From Verrucomicrobiota bacterium (GTDB lineage Bacteria > Verrucomicrobiota > Verrucomicrobiia > Limisphaerales > UBA11358), in NCBI GenBank assembly GCA_028872915.1, contig JAGWNY010000004.1, forward strand, positions 13,137 to 77,136: 64,000 nt of DNA, in the 5' to 3' direction. The position numbers and the translations under genes are program-made. The notes beneath the pieces were generated by a model, which made no database searches, was not told the DNA's origin, and saw only the letters and a program-made list of their open reading frames with translations. This document shows, piece by piece, positions 18,542-27,722 of the stretch. Positions within the stretch are counted from its first letter, which is position 1; each line of letters begins with the position of its first letter.

Positions 18542-19771
18542 ATGAATTCCGCCGGCGCCATCACCGCCATCTTTGCCATCACCTATTTTTGCATTGCCCT
18601 CGGCCACGTGCCCGGACTGAAGCTCAACCGCCCCGGCATCGCGTTGCTCGGCGCCATCGGCATGATGATTGCCGCCGGCGTGACAACCGCGCGCGCGATT
18701 TCGTTCGTCAACTGGCCCACGATCTTTTTGTTGTTCGGCTTTTTCGTCGTGTCGGCGCAACTCCGCCTGTCCGGCTTTTACGACAAGGTCGCCGGCGCCA
18801 TTGCCGCGCGCCTCGGCCATCCCGCGCGCTTTTTGCTCGTTTTGATGGCCGTCACCGCCGGACTCTCGGCGTTTTTGAATCATGACATCGTGTGTTTCGT
18901 TTTCACGCCGATTGTCGGCGCCGCTCTGCTGAGCAAACGCATCCACCCGGTCCCGTTTCTGGTGGCGCTGGCCATCGCGAGCAACATCGGCGCGGCGGCC
19001 ACCCTGATCGGCAACCCCCAAAACATGATGATCAGCCAGGTCGCGCGGCTCGATTTTGGCCGTTACATCCTCTGGAGCATCGTCCCGGTTCTCTTTGCGC
19101 TGGCAGCGGCCTATGGAATCTTTTGGCTGATGGCGCGGAACCATCTGGAAGCCGCCGGCCTGGCGCCCGACCAGGCGCCGCGGCAGCCCTATCCCTTCAA
19201 CCGCCTGCACACCATCAAAGGCATCGTGATCCTTGTGGTGGCGGTGGCTTTGTTCTTCACGTCCCTGCCCAAGGAAGTAATTGCGCTGGCGGCGGCGGGC
19301 ATTCATCTGGCCAGCCCTAAATTTCGCACGGACGATTTGCTGGGGCTGGTGGATTGGCCCATCCTCGTGCTTTTCATGGGCCTCTTTGTGGTCACGGGAG
19401 CGTTTGAATCCACGGGCTGGGGGCAGCAAGGCGTTCACTGGCTGGCGGCAAACGGGTTCAACCTCAACGCGCCGGCCAATCTGGCGCTGGTGACGGCGGC
19501 GCTGTCCAACTTGATCGGCAATTCGGCGGCGGTGATGCTGCTGCTCAAGGTCGTGCATGTCGGCCAGCCGGCGGCGGCCTGCGTGCTGGCCTTGGCCAAC
19601 AGCTTCGGCGGCAGCCTCATCATCGTGGGCAGCGTCTCCAATATCATCGTCGTGCAGCAGGCGCGTGAGTTGGGCGTCAAAATTTCATTCATGGACTTCG
19701 CGCGCCTCGGCGTTCCCACCACCGCGGCGGCCCTGGCGGGACTCCTCGCCTGGGTGGCGGTGATGGGATGA
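18542..19771 (+). CDS. ArsB/NhaD-superfamily anion permease
   Basis: 409 aa with ~10-12 TM helices. IGNPQNMMI motif and an internally duplicated topology, typical of citrate/arsenite-type permeases. Confidence 0.6.
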   Translation: MNSAGAITAIFAITYFCIALGHVPGLKLNRPGIALLGAIGMMIAAGVTTARAISFVNWPTIFLLFGFFVVSAQLRLSGFYDKVAGAIAARLGHPARFLLVLMAVTAGLSAFLNHDIVCFVFTPIVGAALLSKRIHPVPFLVALAIASNIGAAATLIGNPQNMMISQVARLDFGRYILWSIVPVLFALAAAYGIFWLMARNHLEAAGLAPDQAPRQPYPFNRLHTIKGIVILVVAVALFFTSLPKEVIALAAAGIHLASPKFRTDDLLGLVDWPILVLFMGLFVVTGAFESTGWGQQGVHWLAANGFNLNAPANLALVTAALSNLIGNSAAVMLLLKVVHVGQPAAACVLALANSFGGSLIIVGSVSNIIVVQQARELGVKISFMDFARLGVPTTAAALAGLLAWVAVMG

Positions 19772-19872
19772 CAATGGCCCCGGAGCGCCGCCAAATCGCA
19801 TGGCTGCGGTTAACATCGGCCCTGTTGCCCGTGTAAAATTCGCCCGGTCGCGTCGCTTCAGCGCCCAAATCC

Positions 19873-19901
19873 TTGACGTTTCCGGAAATTCCAGCGACAC
19901 T
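19873..19901 (+). promoter_or_regulatory. possible sigma70-type promoter of tRNA-Ala
   Basis: TTGACG (19873-19878), a 17-nt spacer, then GACACT (19896-19901), ending ~15 nt before the tRNA 5' end. The -10 element is weak. Confidence 0.25.
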
Positions 19902-19915
19902 CCCGCGCGGTGGAC

Positions 19916-19991
19916 GGGGTCGTAGCTCAGTTGGTAGAGCGTCTCGTTCGCAATGAGAAGGTCAGGGGTTCGAATCCCCTCGGCTCCACCA
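19916..19991 (+). tRNA. tRNA-Ala (anticodon CGC)
   Basis: Folded by hand. Acceptor GGGGTCG/CGGCTCC with G3:U70. D-arm GCTC-AGTTGGTA-GAGC. Anticodon stem TCTCG/TGAGA with loop TTCGCAA. T-arm AGGGG-TTCGAAT-CCCCT. Encoded CCA. Confidence 0.9.
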
Positions 19992-19992
19992 G

Positions 19993-20268
19993 CCTTCGCC
20001 CGTAGCGAAGCGAGGACGAAGGCTGCCGCGCCGTAGCGCGCAGCGCGCAGGCGGGCTGGTACGACTATGGAACAGCGGGCTACGGCTTGGCACGCCAACC
20101 TTCGCCCGTAGCGAAGCGAGGACGAAGGCTGCCGCGCCGGAGCGCGCAGCGCGCAGGCGGGCTGGTACGACTATGGAACAGCGGGCTACGGCTTGGCACG
20201 CCAGCCTTCGCCCGTAGCGAAGCGAGGACGAAGGCTGCCGCGCCGTAGCGCGCAGCGCGCAGGCGGGC
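19993..20268. repeat. 106-bp tandem repeat, ~2.6 copies, abutting the tRNA-Ala 3' end
   Basis: The unit CCTTCGCCCGTAGCGAAGCGAGGACGAAGGCTGCCGCGCC(G/T)(T/G)AGCGCGCAGCGCGCAGGCGGGCTGGTACGACTATGGAACAGCGGGCTACGGCTTGGCACGCCA(A/G) starts at 19993, 20099 and 20205. The third copy is truncated at 20268. Each unit has an internal inverted repeat GCCTTCG...CGAAGGC. Confidence 0.9.
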
Positions 20269-20326
20269 CGCCCATTCGCGGTTCTCATCCCGTTTTTCCG
20301 ATTAAACTCGCCACGCGCCCCCTCCA

Positions 20327-22672
20327 ATGGCAGCATTGGCAATGGTTTTTATGCGAAGCCGATTTGCTCTCTCGATGCTGGCGCTTGCCCTGGCTTGGCC
20401 GGCATGGGCGCAGTCCACCACCAATGTGCCCTACTTTGCGCCGCCTGAAATTTATCCCATTGACCAGAATATCGCGCTTCTCCACGCGGCGGACTTGAAT
20501 GGCGACGGCTTGAACGACCTGATCATTGCCAATAATCTACGCTCCAAAATCAACCTCCTCTACAACCGCACCGGCAAGACGAATTCGCCCGCCACGCCCT
20601 GGACGCCTTCGGGCGTCAATTCGCTGCCGCCCGGTGCGCGGTTTCGAATTGATTCGCTCCCGGTGGATGAGGGGATCGCGGCGATGTCGGTGGCGGATTT
20701 GAACGGCGACGGGCGCCCGGACATTGTGTTTTACGGAGACGGGAAGAACCTTGAGATCATTTACAATGAAGGGACCAACGGCTGGAGCGATCCCAAACGC
20801 TGGAACATCCCGGATGGCAGCATGGACCCGAACGCGTTGGCGGTGGGCGATCTCAACGGCGATGGGCGCCCCGACATTCTGTTGCTGGGTGACAATGGCT
20901 CCATGTATTTCTGGCCGCAATTGCCGGATCGAACGTTTGGCGAGCCGCAAAAAATTCCGTACTCAGGCTCCCCGAAGGCGGTGCAAATCACCGACATCAA
21001 CGGGGACGGGAGGAAGGACCTGCTGCTGGTTGACTGGGACAGCCAGACGCCATTTCGTTTCCGGCTGCAAAATTCGGCCGGGCAGCTTGGGCCTGAGATT
21101 TATTTCAAAACGCAGCCGCTCCACGCCTATACCGCCAGCCATCTGAACGGCGACTCGAATTTGTTCGTGGTCACGATTTCGGAGAGTTCAGACCGGGCCG
21201 CGATTTCGCAATTTACCCAAAAGCCGGCCGAACCCCTGGCGGGCCTCTCAGGACCCGGTAATGAAGCGCTGCGGCGCGGCCAATTCCAAGTGTTGCCGCT
21301 CAAGAAGACCGACGCCGCCAAACGGGGCGAGGCGTGGGCGGACGTCAACGGCGACGGACGGCCGGATTTATTAATCGCCGATCCGGAGAGCGGACAAATC
21401 TCAATCTATTTCCAGCGGCCGGACGGATCCCTGGCCCCGCCGGAAACGTTTCCCTCCCTGGCGGGGGTGAGCCAAATCGTGGTTTCCGATTGGAACGGCG
21501 ACGGCCGTCCCGAAATTTTCCTGCTAAGCCGGGACGAAAGCGCCGTGGGCGTGACGCAGTTTGACAGGAAAGGGCGGCTGCCGTTTCCCACGCTTGTCCC
21601 GATCGAAGGCAAACCCCTGGTCATGGCCGTGGGCCGGCTTAAACCGCGCGCAAAGCCGACGTTGTGTGTGATTGTGGACAACAACGGAAAACGGTCGTTG
21701 GTAATGGACAACGCGGACGGTAAAATCCGCTCGCAGAAATTGAGCGACAGTTTTCAAGGAGACCCCGTGGACATGGCAATGGATGACGTGAACCAGGACG
21801 GCCGCCCGGACCTGGTCATCCTCATCCCTTATGAAAAAATCAAGGTGCTGCTGCAAAAGCCGGACGGATTCTTTGACGAGCAAGACGTGGAGCCGCCGGG
21901 CGGAGCCATCGCCCAGCCGTGGCTGGCCGCGGCGGACATCGAGGGAAACGGAAAACCCGAATTGCTCCTGCCCCAGCAGAATTTCATTCGCGCCGTGGTG
22001 CTCGAACGGCAAAAAATGCCCGGACTGACCAATCGAATGCAATGGGTCTTCCGGGTCACGGACCAGATCAACGGCGCAAGCGACGACTCCCAAATCGCAG
22101 GCGCGACGGCCATTCGGATTGCCAGGGGCCGCATCCCAGCGCTTTTCCTTTTGGACGCGCAATATCATCAGTTGACGTTGTGCGGGCGCGACACAAACGG
22201 CGTGTGGCGTGTCGCCCAAAACATAGTCCTGCCGGTCTCGGATTTTACCGGCCTCCAACCGGTTGCGCTCGGGCCGGGCCTGAATCAAAGCGTCGCTTTT
22301 TCCGGCCGCAACGCCGTGGCCTGGATGCCCTTGGGCGGGAAGGTATGGCAATTTACCACCTACGATGAATACGATACTCCCATCCAGAACGGCTACTTGA
22401 ACGACGTGGCGACGGCCAATTTCACGGGACGCCGCAAGGACCTGGTTTTCATGGAAACAGGGCAGCATTATCTCGACATTGTCGGGGTCAACGCGCGCCA
22501 CAAATTTGTGCCGCTCACCCGATGGCAGGTCTTTGAGTCGCATACCTTCCGCGGCGCCATGAGCGCCGTTCCCGAACCCCGCGAGGTGCTCGCGGCCAAC
22601 GTGACCGGCCACCGCGGGAAGGACCTGCTGGTGGTCGTGCATGACCGGATTTTGGTTTATCCGCGGGAATGA
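20327..22672 (+). CDS. secreted FG-GAP/VCBS repeat protein
   Basis: 781 aa. Signal peptide MRSRFALSMLALALAWPAWAQ. Reiterated ADLNGDG(L/R)(N/P)D(L/I) calcium-binding FG-GAP motifs, at least 8 copies. Confidence 0.8.
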   Translation: MAALAMVFMRSRFALSMLALALAWPAWAQSTTNVPYFAPPEIYPIDQNIALLHAADLNGDGLNDLIIANNLRSKINLLYNRTGKTNSPATPWTPSGVNSLPPGARFRIDSLPVDEGIAAMSVADLNGDGRPDIVFYGDGKNLEIIYNEGTNGWSDPKRWNIPDGSMDPNALAVGDLNGDGRPDILLLGDNGSMYFWPQLPDRTFGEPQKIPYSGSPKAVQITDINGDGRKDLLLVDWDSQTPFRFRLQNSAGQLGPEIYFKTQPLHAYTASHLNGDSNLFVVTISESSDRAAISQFTQKPAEPLAGLSGPGNEALRRGQFQVLPLKKTDAAKRGEAWADVNGDGRPDLLIADPESGQISIYFQRPDGSLAPPETFPSLAGVSQIVVSDWNGDGRPEIFLLSRDESAVGVTQFDRKGRLPFPTLVPIEGKPLVMAVGRLKPRAKPTLCVIVDNNGKRSLVMDNADGKIRSQKLSDSFQGDPVDMAMDDVNQDGRPDLVILIPYEKIKVLLQKPDGFFDEQDVEPPGGAIAQPWLAAADIEGNGKPELLLPQQNFIRAVVLERQKMPGLTNRMQWVFRVTDQINGASDDSQIAGATAIRIARGRIPALFLLDAQYHQLTLCGRDTNGVWRVAQNIVLPVSDFTGLQPVALGPGLNQSVAFSGRNAVAWMPLGGKVWQFTTYDEYDTPIQNGYLNDVATANFTGRRKDLVFMETGQHYLDIVGVNARHKFVPLTRWQVFESHTFRGAMSAVPEPREVLAANVTGHRGKDLLVVVHDRILVYPRE

Positions 22673-22693
22673 CGCCCCTTCATAGAATATATC

Positions 22694-25234
22694 TTGACAA
22701 AACCTGATTCCATACCGTCTTTGCCGCCGGGCGTGACGTTGACGACGCTGGACAACGGGCTGGTCGTGATCGTGCGGGAGGACCACGGCGCGCCGGTGGT
22801 GTCGGCGCAGGCATGGTGCGCCGCGGGCAGCATCCACGAGGGGCGCTGGCTCGGCGCAGGCCTCTCGCATGTGCTCGAACACATGCTCTTCAAGGGCACA
22901 ACCTCCCGGCCAGGCAGCCGCATTGACCAGGAAGTCCAGGAAGCAGGCGGTTACATGAACGCTTACACCTCGTTTGACCGAACGGTCTATCACATTGACG
23001 TTCCCAACACGGGCGCGCGGACGGCCATTGACATCCTCTGCGACATCATGCAGCACGCCACCCTGCCCCCGGGGGAACTGGCCAGGGAAATGGACGTGAT
23101 CCGCCGCGAAATGGACATGGGCCAGGATGATCCGGGCCGCCGCGCCAGCCGCCGCCTTTTTGAGGTGGCCTACACCCGCAGTCCCTGCCGTTTCACCATT
23201 ATCGGCTATCCCGACATCTTCAACGACCTAAAGCCCGAAGACGTGCGCGATTATTACCATCGGAATTACGCGCCCAATAACTGCTTTTTTGTGGTGGCCG
23301 GGGACGTCCGGCGCGAGGATGTGCTGGCCCAAATTCGAGAGGCTTACACCAGGTCGAAATCCCGCCCCATCCCGCCGCTGGCGTTGCCCTCTGAACCGCG
23401 CCAAACCGCGCCACGCGAGGTTGTCGAAGAAGCGCCGGTTGAACTCGGCCACATTCACTTCGCGTGGCACATTCCCGATTTGCGGCATCCCGACGTGCCC
23501 GCGCTGGACGTTCTCTCCGCCCTGCTGGGCGCCGGGCGCAGCTCGCGGCTCTTCCAGGAAGTCCGCGAAAAGTCCGCCCTCGCGCATCACGTGGACGCCT
23601 GGACCTACAGCCCAGGCCTGCCAGGCATTTTTGGCGTCAGCGCGATTGTGGACGGGGAAAAATACGAGGCGGCCCGCGACGCGGTCCTGGCGCAAATCGA
23701 AAATGTCAAGGTTAATTCAATTTCAACGGGTGAACTCCAAAAGGCGGTCAAACAATTCATCGCCGCCACGCTCTCAACCCGAAAAACCATGGAGGGCCAG
23801 GCCCAAAACCTGGGCGCCAATTGGATCGCCGCCAACGACCTCAACTTCTCCGAACGCTACCTTGACGCCGTCAAGCGGCTCTCCCTGGCCGACCTTCAAC
23901 GGGTGGCCGCGCGATATCTGACCGCTGAAAATCGGACCGTTTATGCGCTGCTCCCGGACGGCGCATCGCCCAAACCCGCGGCAAGTATCGAAACGACGGT
24001 CGAGCATCCAATCCAAAAAATCGCCTTGCCCAATGGCCTGGCCCTGCTCGTCAAGGAAGATGCCCGCCTGCCCTTCGTGGAAATGCGCGCCGTGTTTCGA
24101 GGCGGCGTCCTTGCCGAATCCGCCGAAAACAACGGCCTGACCCTCCTGCTCGCCAAAATGCTCCTCAAAGGCACGGCCAGCCGCGGCGCCGAACGGATTG
24201 CCACCGAAATAGAGTCCGTCGGCGGCCACATTGACAGTTACGCCGGCAACCAAAGCGTGGGCGTGTCGGTGGAAGTCCTCAATGGCGATTTTCCCGCCGG
24301 CATGAACCTGCTCGCCGATGTGATCCTTCATTCCACCTTTCCGCCCAATGAATTGGAGCGCGAACGCCAAATCCAAATCGCCGGCATCGAGGCCCGCAAG
24401 GATGACCTCCTCAAAAGCGCCAGTTTGGCCATGCGGCGCGCCCTCTTTGGCCCGGCAGGCTACGGCCTCGACTCGCTGGGTTCGCTGGAAAGCGTGCGCA
24501 AGGTTTCGGCGGGGCACCTCCAGGCGTTCCGCCAAAAGCTTCTCATCCCCAACAACTGCGTCCTGGCCGTGTACGGCGCCGTCCAGCGGGCGCAAGTGGA
24601 GGCGGCGGCGCGCAACGCCTTCGCCGACTGGCAGCCGGGTCCCGCGCTCCCACCCGCGCTCGCGACCCCTCCGCGTCGGTCCTCCGATCGCGTCACCGAA
24701 ACGCGGGACAAAAAGCAGGCCGTTCTGGTCATTGGCTTTCCAGGCGCCACGCTTCGGGACAACGACCGCTATGCCCTCGAACTCATCCAGGAATCGTGCA
24801 GCGACCTCGGCTCGCGTCTCTTCCTGCGCGTCCGCGATCAAATGGGTCTGGCCTATTACGTCGGCGCCCAAAACTTTTGCGGCCTCGCGCCGGGCTATTT
24901 CGCCCTCTACTGCGGCACCGAACCCGGCAAGGCCGACCTCGTTGAACAGGAACTCCTCAAGGAGGCCGCGTTGCTCCGGGCCGACGGCCTGGCCCCCGGG
25001 GAACTGAAACGCTCCAAGGCAAAAATCATCGGCCAGAAAAAAATCGCGCGCCAGGACCTCGGAAGCCTCGCCTCGCTGACCGCCCTCGACGAGCTTTACG
25101 GGTTGGGTTTCGAGCGCCATCATCTGGACGACCCGAGTTATGAAGCCGTGACTCTCGAGGAAATCAAAGCCGTTGCCCAAAAATATCTCAAGCCGGACGC
25201 CTGCGTGGTTTCCGTCGTAAGCCCGCGAAAGTAG
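22694..25234 (+). CDS. double-length M16 (pitrilysin/insulinase) family zinc peptidase
   Basis: 846 aa, TTG start in the track. Inverted zinc motif HVLEHMLFKGT near the N-terminus. The second half repeats the M16 fold without the motif. Confidence 0.8.
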   Translation: MTKPDSIPSLPPGVTLTTLDNGLVVIVREDHGAPVVSAQAWCAAGSIHEGRWLGAGLSHVLEHMLFKGTTSRPGSRIDQEVQEAGGYMNAYTSFDRTVYHIDVPNTGARTAIDILCDIMQHATLPPGELAREMDVIRREMDMGQDDPGRRASRRLFEVAYTRSPCRFTIIGYPDIFNDLKPEDVRDYYHRNYAPNNCFFVVAGDVRREDVLAQIREAYTRSKSRPIPPLALPSEPRQTAPREVVEEAPVELGHIHFAWHIPDLRHPDVPALDVLSALLGAGRSSRLFQEVREKSALAHHVDAWTYSPGLPGIFGVSAIVDGEKYEAARDAVLAQIENVKVNSISTGELQKAVKQFIAATLSTRKTMEGQAQNLGANWIAANDLNFSERYLDAVKRLSLADLQRVAARYLTAENRTVYALLPDGASPKPAASIETTVEHPIQKIALPNGLALLVKEDARLPFVEMRAVFRGGVLAESAENNGLTLLLAKMLLKGTASRGAERIATEIESVGGHIDSYAGNQSVGVSVEVLNGDFPAGMNLLADVILHSTFPPNELERERQIQIAGIEARKDDLLKSASLAMRRALFGPAGYGLDSLGSLESVRKVSAGHLQAFRQKLLIPNNCVLAVYGAVQRAQVEAAARNAFADWQPGPALPPALATPPRRSSDRVTETRDKKQAVLVIGFPGATLRDNDRYALELIQESCSDLGSRLFLRVRDQMGLAYYVGAQNFCGLAPGYFALYCGTEPGKADLVEQELLKEAALLRADGLAPGELKRSKAKIIGQKKIARQDLGSLASLTALDELYGLGFERHHLDDPSYEAVTLEEIKAVAQKYLKPDACVVSVVSPRK

Positions 25235-25292
25235 ATTCTGGAAAGCGGCAATCGCCGCTTGGCAACGTTGCCCCCCCATGCTACGATGAGCG

Positions 25293-25322
25293 CGCTCTTG
25301 ACAGTGAAACAAGAGCGTTTTT
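25293..25322 (+). terminator. rho-independent terminator-like hairpin after the M16 gene
   Basis: CGCTCTTG (25293-25300), loop ACAGTGAAA, CAAGAGCG (25310-25317), then TTTTT (25318-25322). The T-tract runs directly into the ATG at 25323. Confidence 0.55.
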
Positions 25323-25598
25323 ATGCCTAAAAATGTCCGAATCCCGACTCCGCTGCGCAAGCTGACCAACAACGAGGAAACCGTGGCCGTGGATGCCGTC
25401 ACCGTTGCCGAAGCCATCGCCGAACTCCAATCCCGCTTTCCCGGCATTCAGGAACGTCTCGTGGACGACCAGGGCCAGGTCCGCCGCTTTGTCAACGTCT
25501 ATGTCAATGAGGAAGACATCCGTTTCCTCCAAAACCAAAACACCCCGCTCAAGGATGGCGACGAAATCAGCATCATTCCAGCCATTGCCGGCGGTTGA
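25323..25598 (+). CDS. MoaD/ThiS/CysO-type ubiquitin-like sulfur-carrier protein
   Basis: 91 aa ending ...DGDEISIIPAIAGG (C-terminal Gly-Gly). Size and beta-grasp-like pattern fit. Confidence 0.7.
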   Translation: MPKNVRIPTPLRKLTNNEETVAVDAVTVAEAIAELQSRFPGIQERLVDDQGQVRRFVNVYVNEEDIRFLQNQNTPLKDGDEISIIPAIAGG

Positions 25599-25909
25599 CG
25601 CTCGCCCTGAAAAAATATCCTTCCATGTCACGCGCATCCAAACGCCGCTCCACGCGCTCCACCACGCCAACCCGGCAACGGCTGTGGCTCATGTATCCGC
25701 CGCGGCTCATCAAAAAGCCCTTCATCTGGGAAGTCGGGCACAAGTTCAAGGTCGTCACCAACATCCGCCAGGCCAGCGTCACCGACGAAATCGGCATCGT
25801 TTGCCTTGAGTTGAATGGACCCCGCGCTGAGGTCAAGGCGGCCATCACGTGGCTTGAAAAAAATGGCGTCAACGTCGAGCCGGTGGAAATCAACGTGATT
25901 GAGAGTTGA
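25595..25909 (+). CDS. NIL (ferredoxin-fold) domain protein
   Basis: The C-terminal 75 aa, LWLMYPPRLIKKPFIWEVGHKFKVVTNIRQASVTDEIGIVCLELNGPRAEVKAAITWLEKNGVNVEPVE, matches the NIL domain pattern. The track start is TTG; ATG at 25625 is an alternative. Confidence 0.55.
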   Translation: MTLALKKYPSMSRASKRRSTRSTTPTRQRLWLMYPPRLIKKPFIWEVGHKFKVVTNIRQASVTDEIGIVCLELNGPRAEVKAAITWLEKNGVNVEPVEINVIES

Positions 25910-26423
25910 CGCCGCCGCCGGACCGGCCACCCTGCCTCCCGTTCGATTTCCGAATGAGCCGGTACTCCCGCCAGATCAACGCCACGATGATGATGTCAAC
26001 GCCCGCCGCGGCGAATAGCGGAATGGAAAAATGAAAAGCCGCGCGCACAATCTCAAGGAGCGCCAGCATTCCCATGAGGGCGATGGCCGTGGGATAGCAC
26101 CATAATTTGCCGCGCAAGATGCCGGCGGCCAAAAAGACCTTCAACGCGCCGTGGGCCAGCAGGTAGGCGGCGCCAATGAGTTTTGAGCCTGAAGAAAGGT
26201 GATCGCTGGCATGGCGCAGGGCATTGGCAACCAGGTCGTCAGGATCTTCCTGCAACTCGTGCTGCGTCAGAAACGCCACGATCCGATTCAGCGCCGAAGG
26301 GCGGATAATGAGAAAAAGGCAGCCTCCAATCAATTCCAACGCGCCGTCAATGCCTTTGAGCCAGATGCCGGTTTCAAATGCCCAGTGAAGCCAGTTCGTC
26401 CTCTTCGCCGCGGTCCGTTTCAT
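25890..26423 (-). CDS. DUF2127-like membrane protein
   Basis: 177 aa with 4 TM helices. WLKGIDGALELIGG...H.L.EDPDD pattern. Confidence 0.45.
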   Translation of the reverse strand: MKRTAAKRTNWLHWAFETGIWLKGIDGALELIGGCLFLIIRPSALNRIVAFLTQHELQEDPDDLVANALRHASDHLSSGSKLIGAAYLLAHGALKVFLAAGILRGKLWCYPTAIALMGMLALLEIVRAAFHFSIPLFAAAGVDIIIVALIWREYRLIRKSNGRQGGRSGGGVNSQSR

Positions 26424-26435
26424 CGTGGCGTTCCA

Positions 26436-27497
26436 TCATGCCGCGCGGCCTGGTCGAAGAACGATTTCCCCAACGATTTCCCCGGCGTTCCGATTCGATT
26501 GCGCCCCGTCGCCGCGGACAATCAGCCGGTGTGGCAAAATAAACGCCGCCAGATCCCCGATCAACGCCGCTGAAACGCGATCCTCCCCGCGGATCGCCGC
26601 CATGGCCTGCCCGGCGCGGTAAAGGCCCAGGGAAGCCCGCGGACTGGCGCCCAGAACCAGCGCGGGATGGCTGCGCGTGGCCCGGACAATGTGCAGGATG
26701 AATTCGTTCACCTCGTCCGCCACCGGCACGCCGCGCGTGGCTTCCTGGCACTTGAGCACCAGATCGGGAGTGGCCACGGGTTGAAGCGCTTCAATCGGAT
26801 GGCCCCGACGAAAACGCTCCACCATCCGCTTTTCATCCGCCGCCGATGGATAGCCGATGCTCATGCGCGCCAGGAACCGGTCCTTCTGGGCTTCCGGCAG
26901 GCGAAAGGTTCCTTCCTGCTCGACGGGGTTTTGGGTGGCCATCACCATGAACGGCTTTTGCAGCCGATACGAAACGTTCCCCGCCGTCACCATGCCCTCG
27001 CCCATCGCTTCGAGCAGCGCGGATTGCGTGCGCGGGCTGGCGCGGTTGATTTCATCCACCAGCACAAACTGCGAGAAAAGCGGCCCGAAACGAAATTCCG
27101 TCCGCCCCGTTTGCGCGTCAAACGAGGCTTCCCCCAGCACGTCCTGCGGCTGCAGGTCCGGCGTGCATTGAATGCGCTTGAAGCTGCATCCCGCGCTCGC
27201 GGCAATGGCGCGGGCGAGCATCGTCTTGGCCACGCCCGGAACGTCCTCCACCAATAGATGCCCTTCCGCCAAAAGCACCGCAAGCGCAAGGGTGATTTGC
27301 TCCCGCTTGCCCACAATCACGGTTTCCACGTTTTCAATCACCCGTTGCGCCAGGACGCGAACGTCCCCCGCCGCCGGCGGCGCGGCGGGCAAAATGGGTG
27401 GCAGGCTGATTCTCGCCCTCTTTTGCGGCTCCGGCGACGGTGGGGGTGGCAGCGGAACGGTCACCGCGGCATTTTTTCCGAAAGCAAGCGCCCGCAC
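26436..27497 (-). CDS. MoxR-family AAA+ ATPase
   Basis: VIVGKREQITLALAVLLAEGHLLVEDVPGVAKTMLARAIA (Walker A), LVDEINRASPRTQSALLEAM (Walker B / sensor), ATQNPVEQEGT. Confidence 0.85.
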   Translation of the reverse strand: MRALAFGKNAAVTVPLPPPPSPEPQKRARISLPPILPAAPPAAGDVRVLAQRVIENVETVIVGKREQITLALAVLLAEGHLLVEDVPGVAKTMLARAIAASAGCSFKRIQCTPDLQPQDVLGEASFDAQTGRTEFRFGPLFSQFVLVDEINRASPRTQSALLEAMGEGMVTAGNVSYRLQKPFMVMATQNPVEQEGTFRLPEAQKDRFLARMSIGYPSAADEKRMVERFRRGHPIEALQPVATPDLVLKCQEATRGVPVADEVNEFILHIVRATRSHPALVLGASPRASLGLYRAGQAMAAIRGEDRVSAALIGDLAAFILPHRLIVRGDGAQSNRNAGEIVGEIVLRPGRAA

Positions 27498-27540
27498 AAC
27501 GACAATCCAGCCGCTTGGCAGCCGTCCCTCGTTGCAGTTC

Positions 27541-27615
27541 TGGCGACCCTACCGGGAATCGAACCCGGGCTACCACCGTGAAAGGGTGGTGTCCTAACCG
27601 CTAGACCATAGGGTC
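27541..27615 (-). tRNA. tRNA-Glu (anticodon UUC)
   Basis: The reverse complement reads GACCCTA-TG-GTCT-AGCGGTT-AGGAC-A-CCACC-CTTTCAC-GGTGG-TAGC-CCGGG-TTCGATT-CCCGG-TAGGGTC-G-CCA. The cloverleaf was folded by hand and is close in layout to E. coli tRNA-Glu. Confidence 0.9.
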
Positions 27616-27626
27616 GCGAGCGCGCC

Positions 27627-27654
27627 AATATAACGCCGCCACGCTCCCTGTCAC
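27627..27654 (-). promoter_or_regulatory. sigma70-like promoter of tRNA-Glu
   Basis: On the minus strand: GTGACA (27654-27649), a 16-nt spacer, TATATT (27632-27627). The -10 element ends 11 nt upstream of the tRNA 5' end. Confidence 0.45.
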
Positions 27655-27722
27655 GCAAATTTACGGCTTGCGGCGCGTCGAAATTTTCCGGCAAGTTACT
27701 GGAATAAATCGGGGAATAAGCG

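Noticed and set aside
19992-20330. Expected an integrase or genomic island next to the tRNA-Ala 3' end because of the att-like repeats.
   Set aside because: No integrase-like ORF is present. The next gene is a chromosomal-looking FG-GAP protein with host-like GC. Only the repeat itself is reported.
19685-20342. ORFs 19685..20098(-) and 19962..20342(-), which contain repeated ACQAVARCSIVVPARLRAA... peptides.
   Set aside because: They are translations of the tRNA-Ala gene and the 106-bp tandem repeat. The internal peptide repetition simply mirrors the DNA repeat.
26436-27497. MoxR ATPase as part of a MoxR-DUF58/VWA (Bat-like) system.
   Set aside because: The neighbours are a DUF2127-like membrane protein and a tRNA. 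No VWA or DUF58 partner is in the window, so no system can be called.
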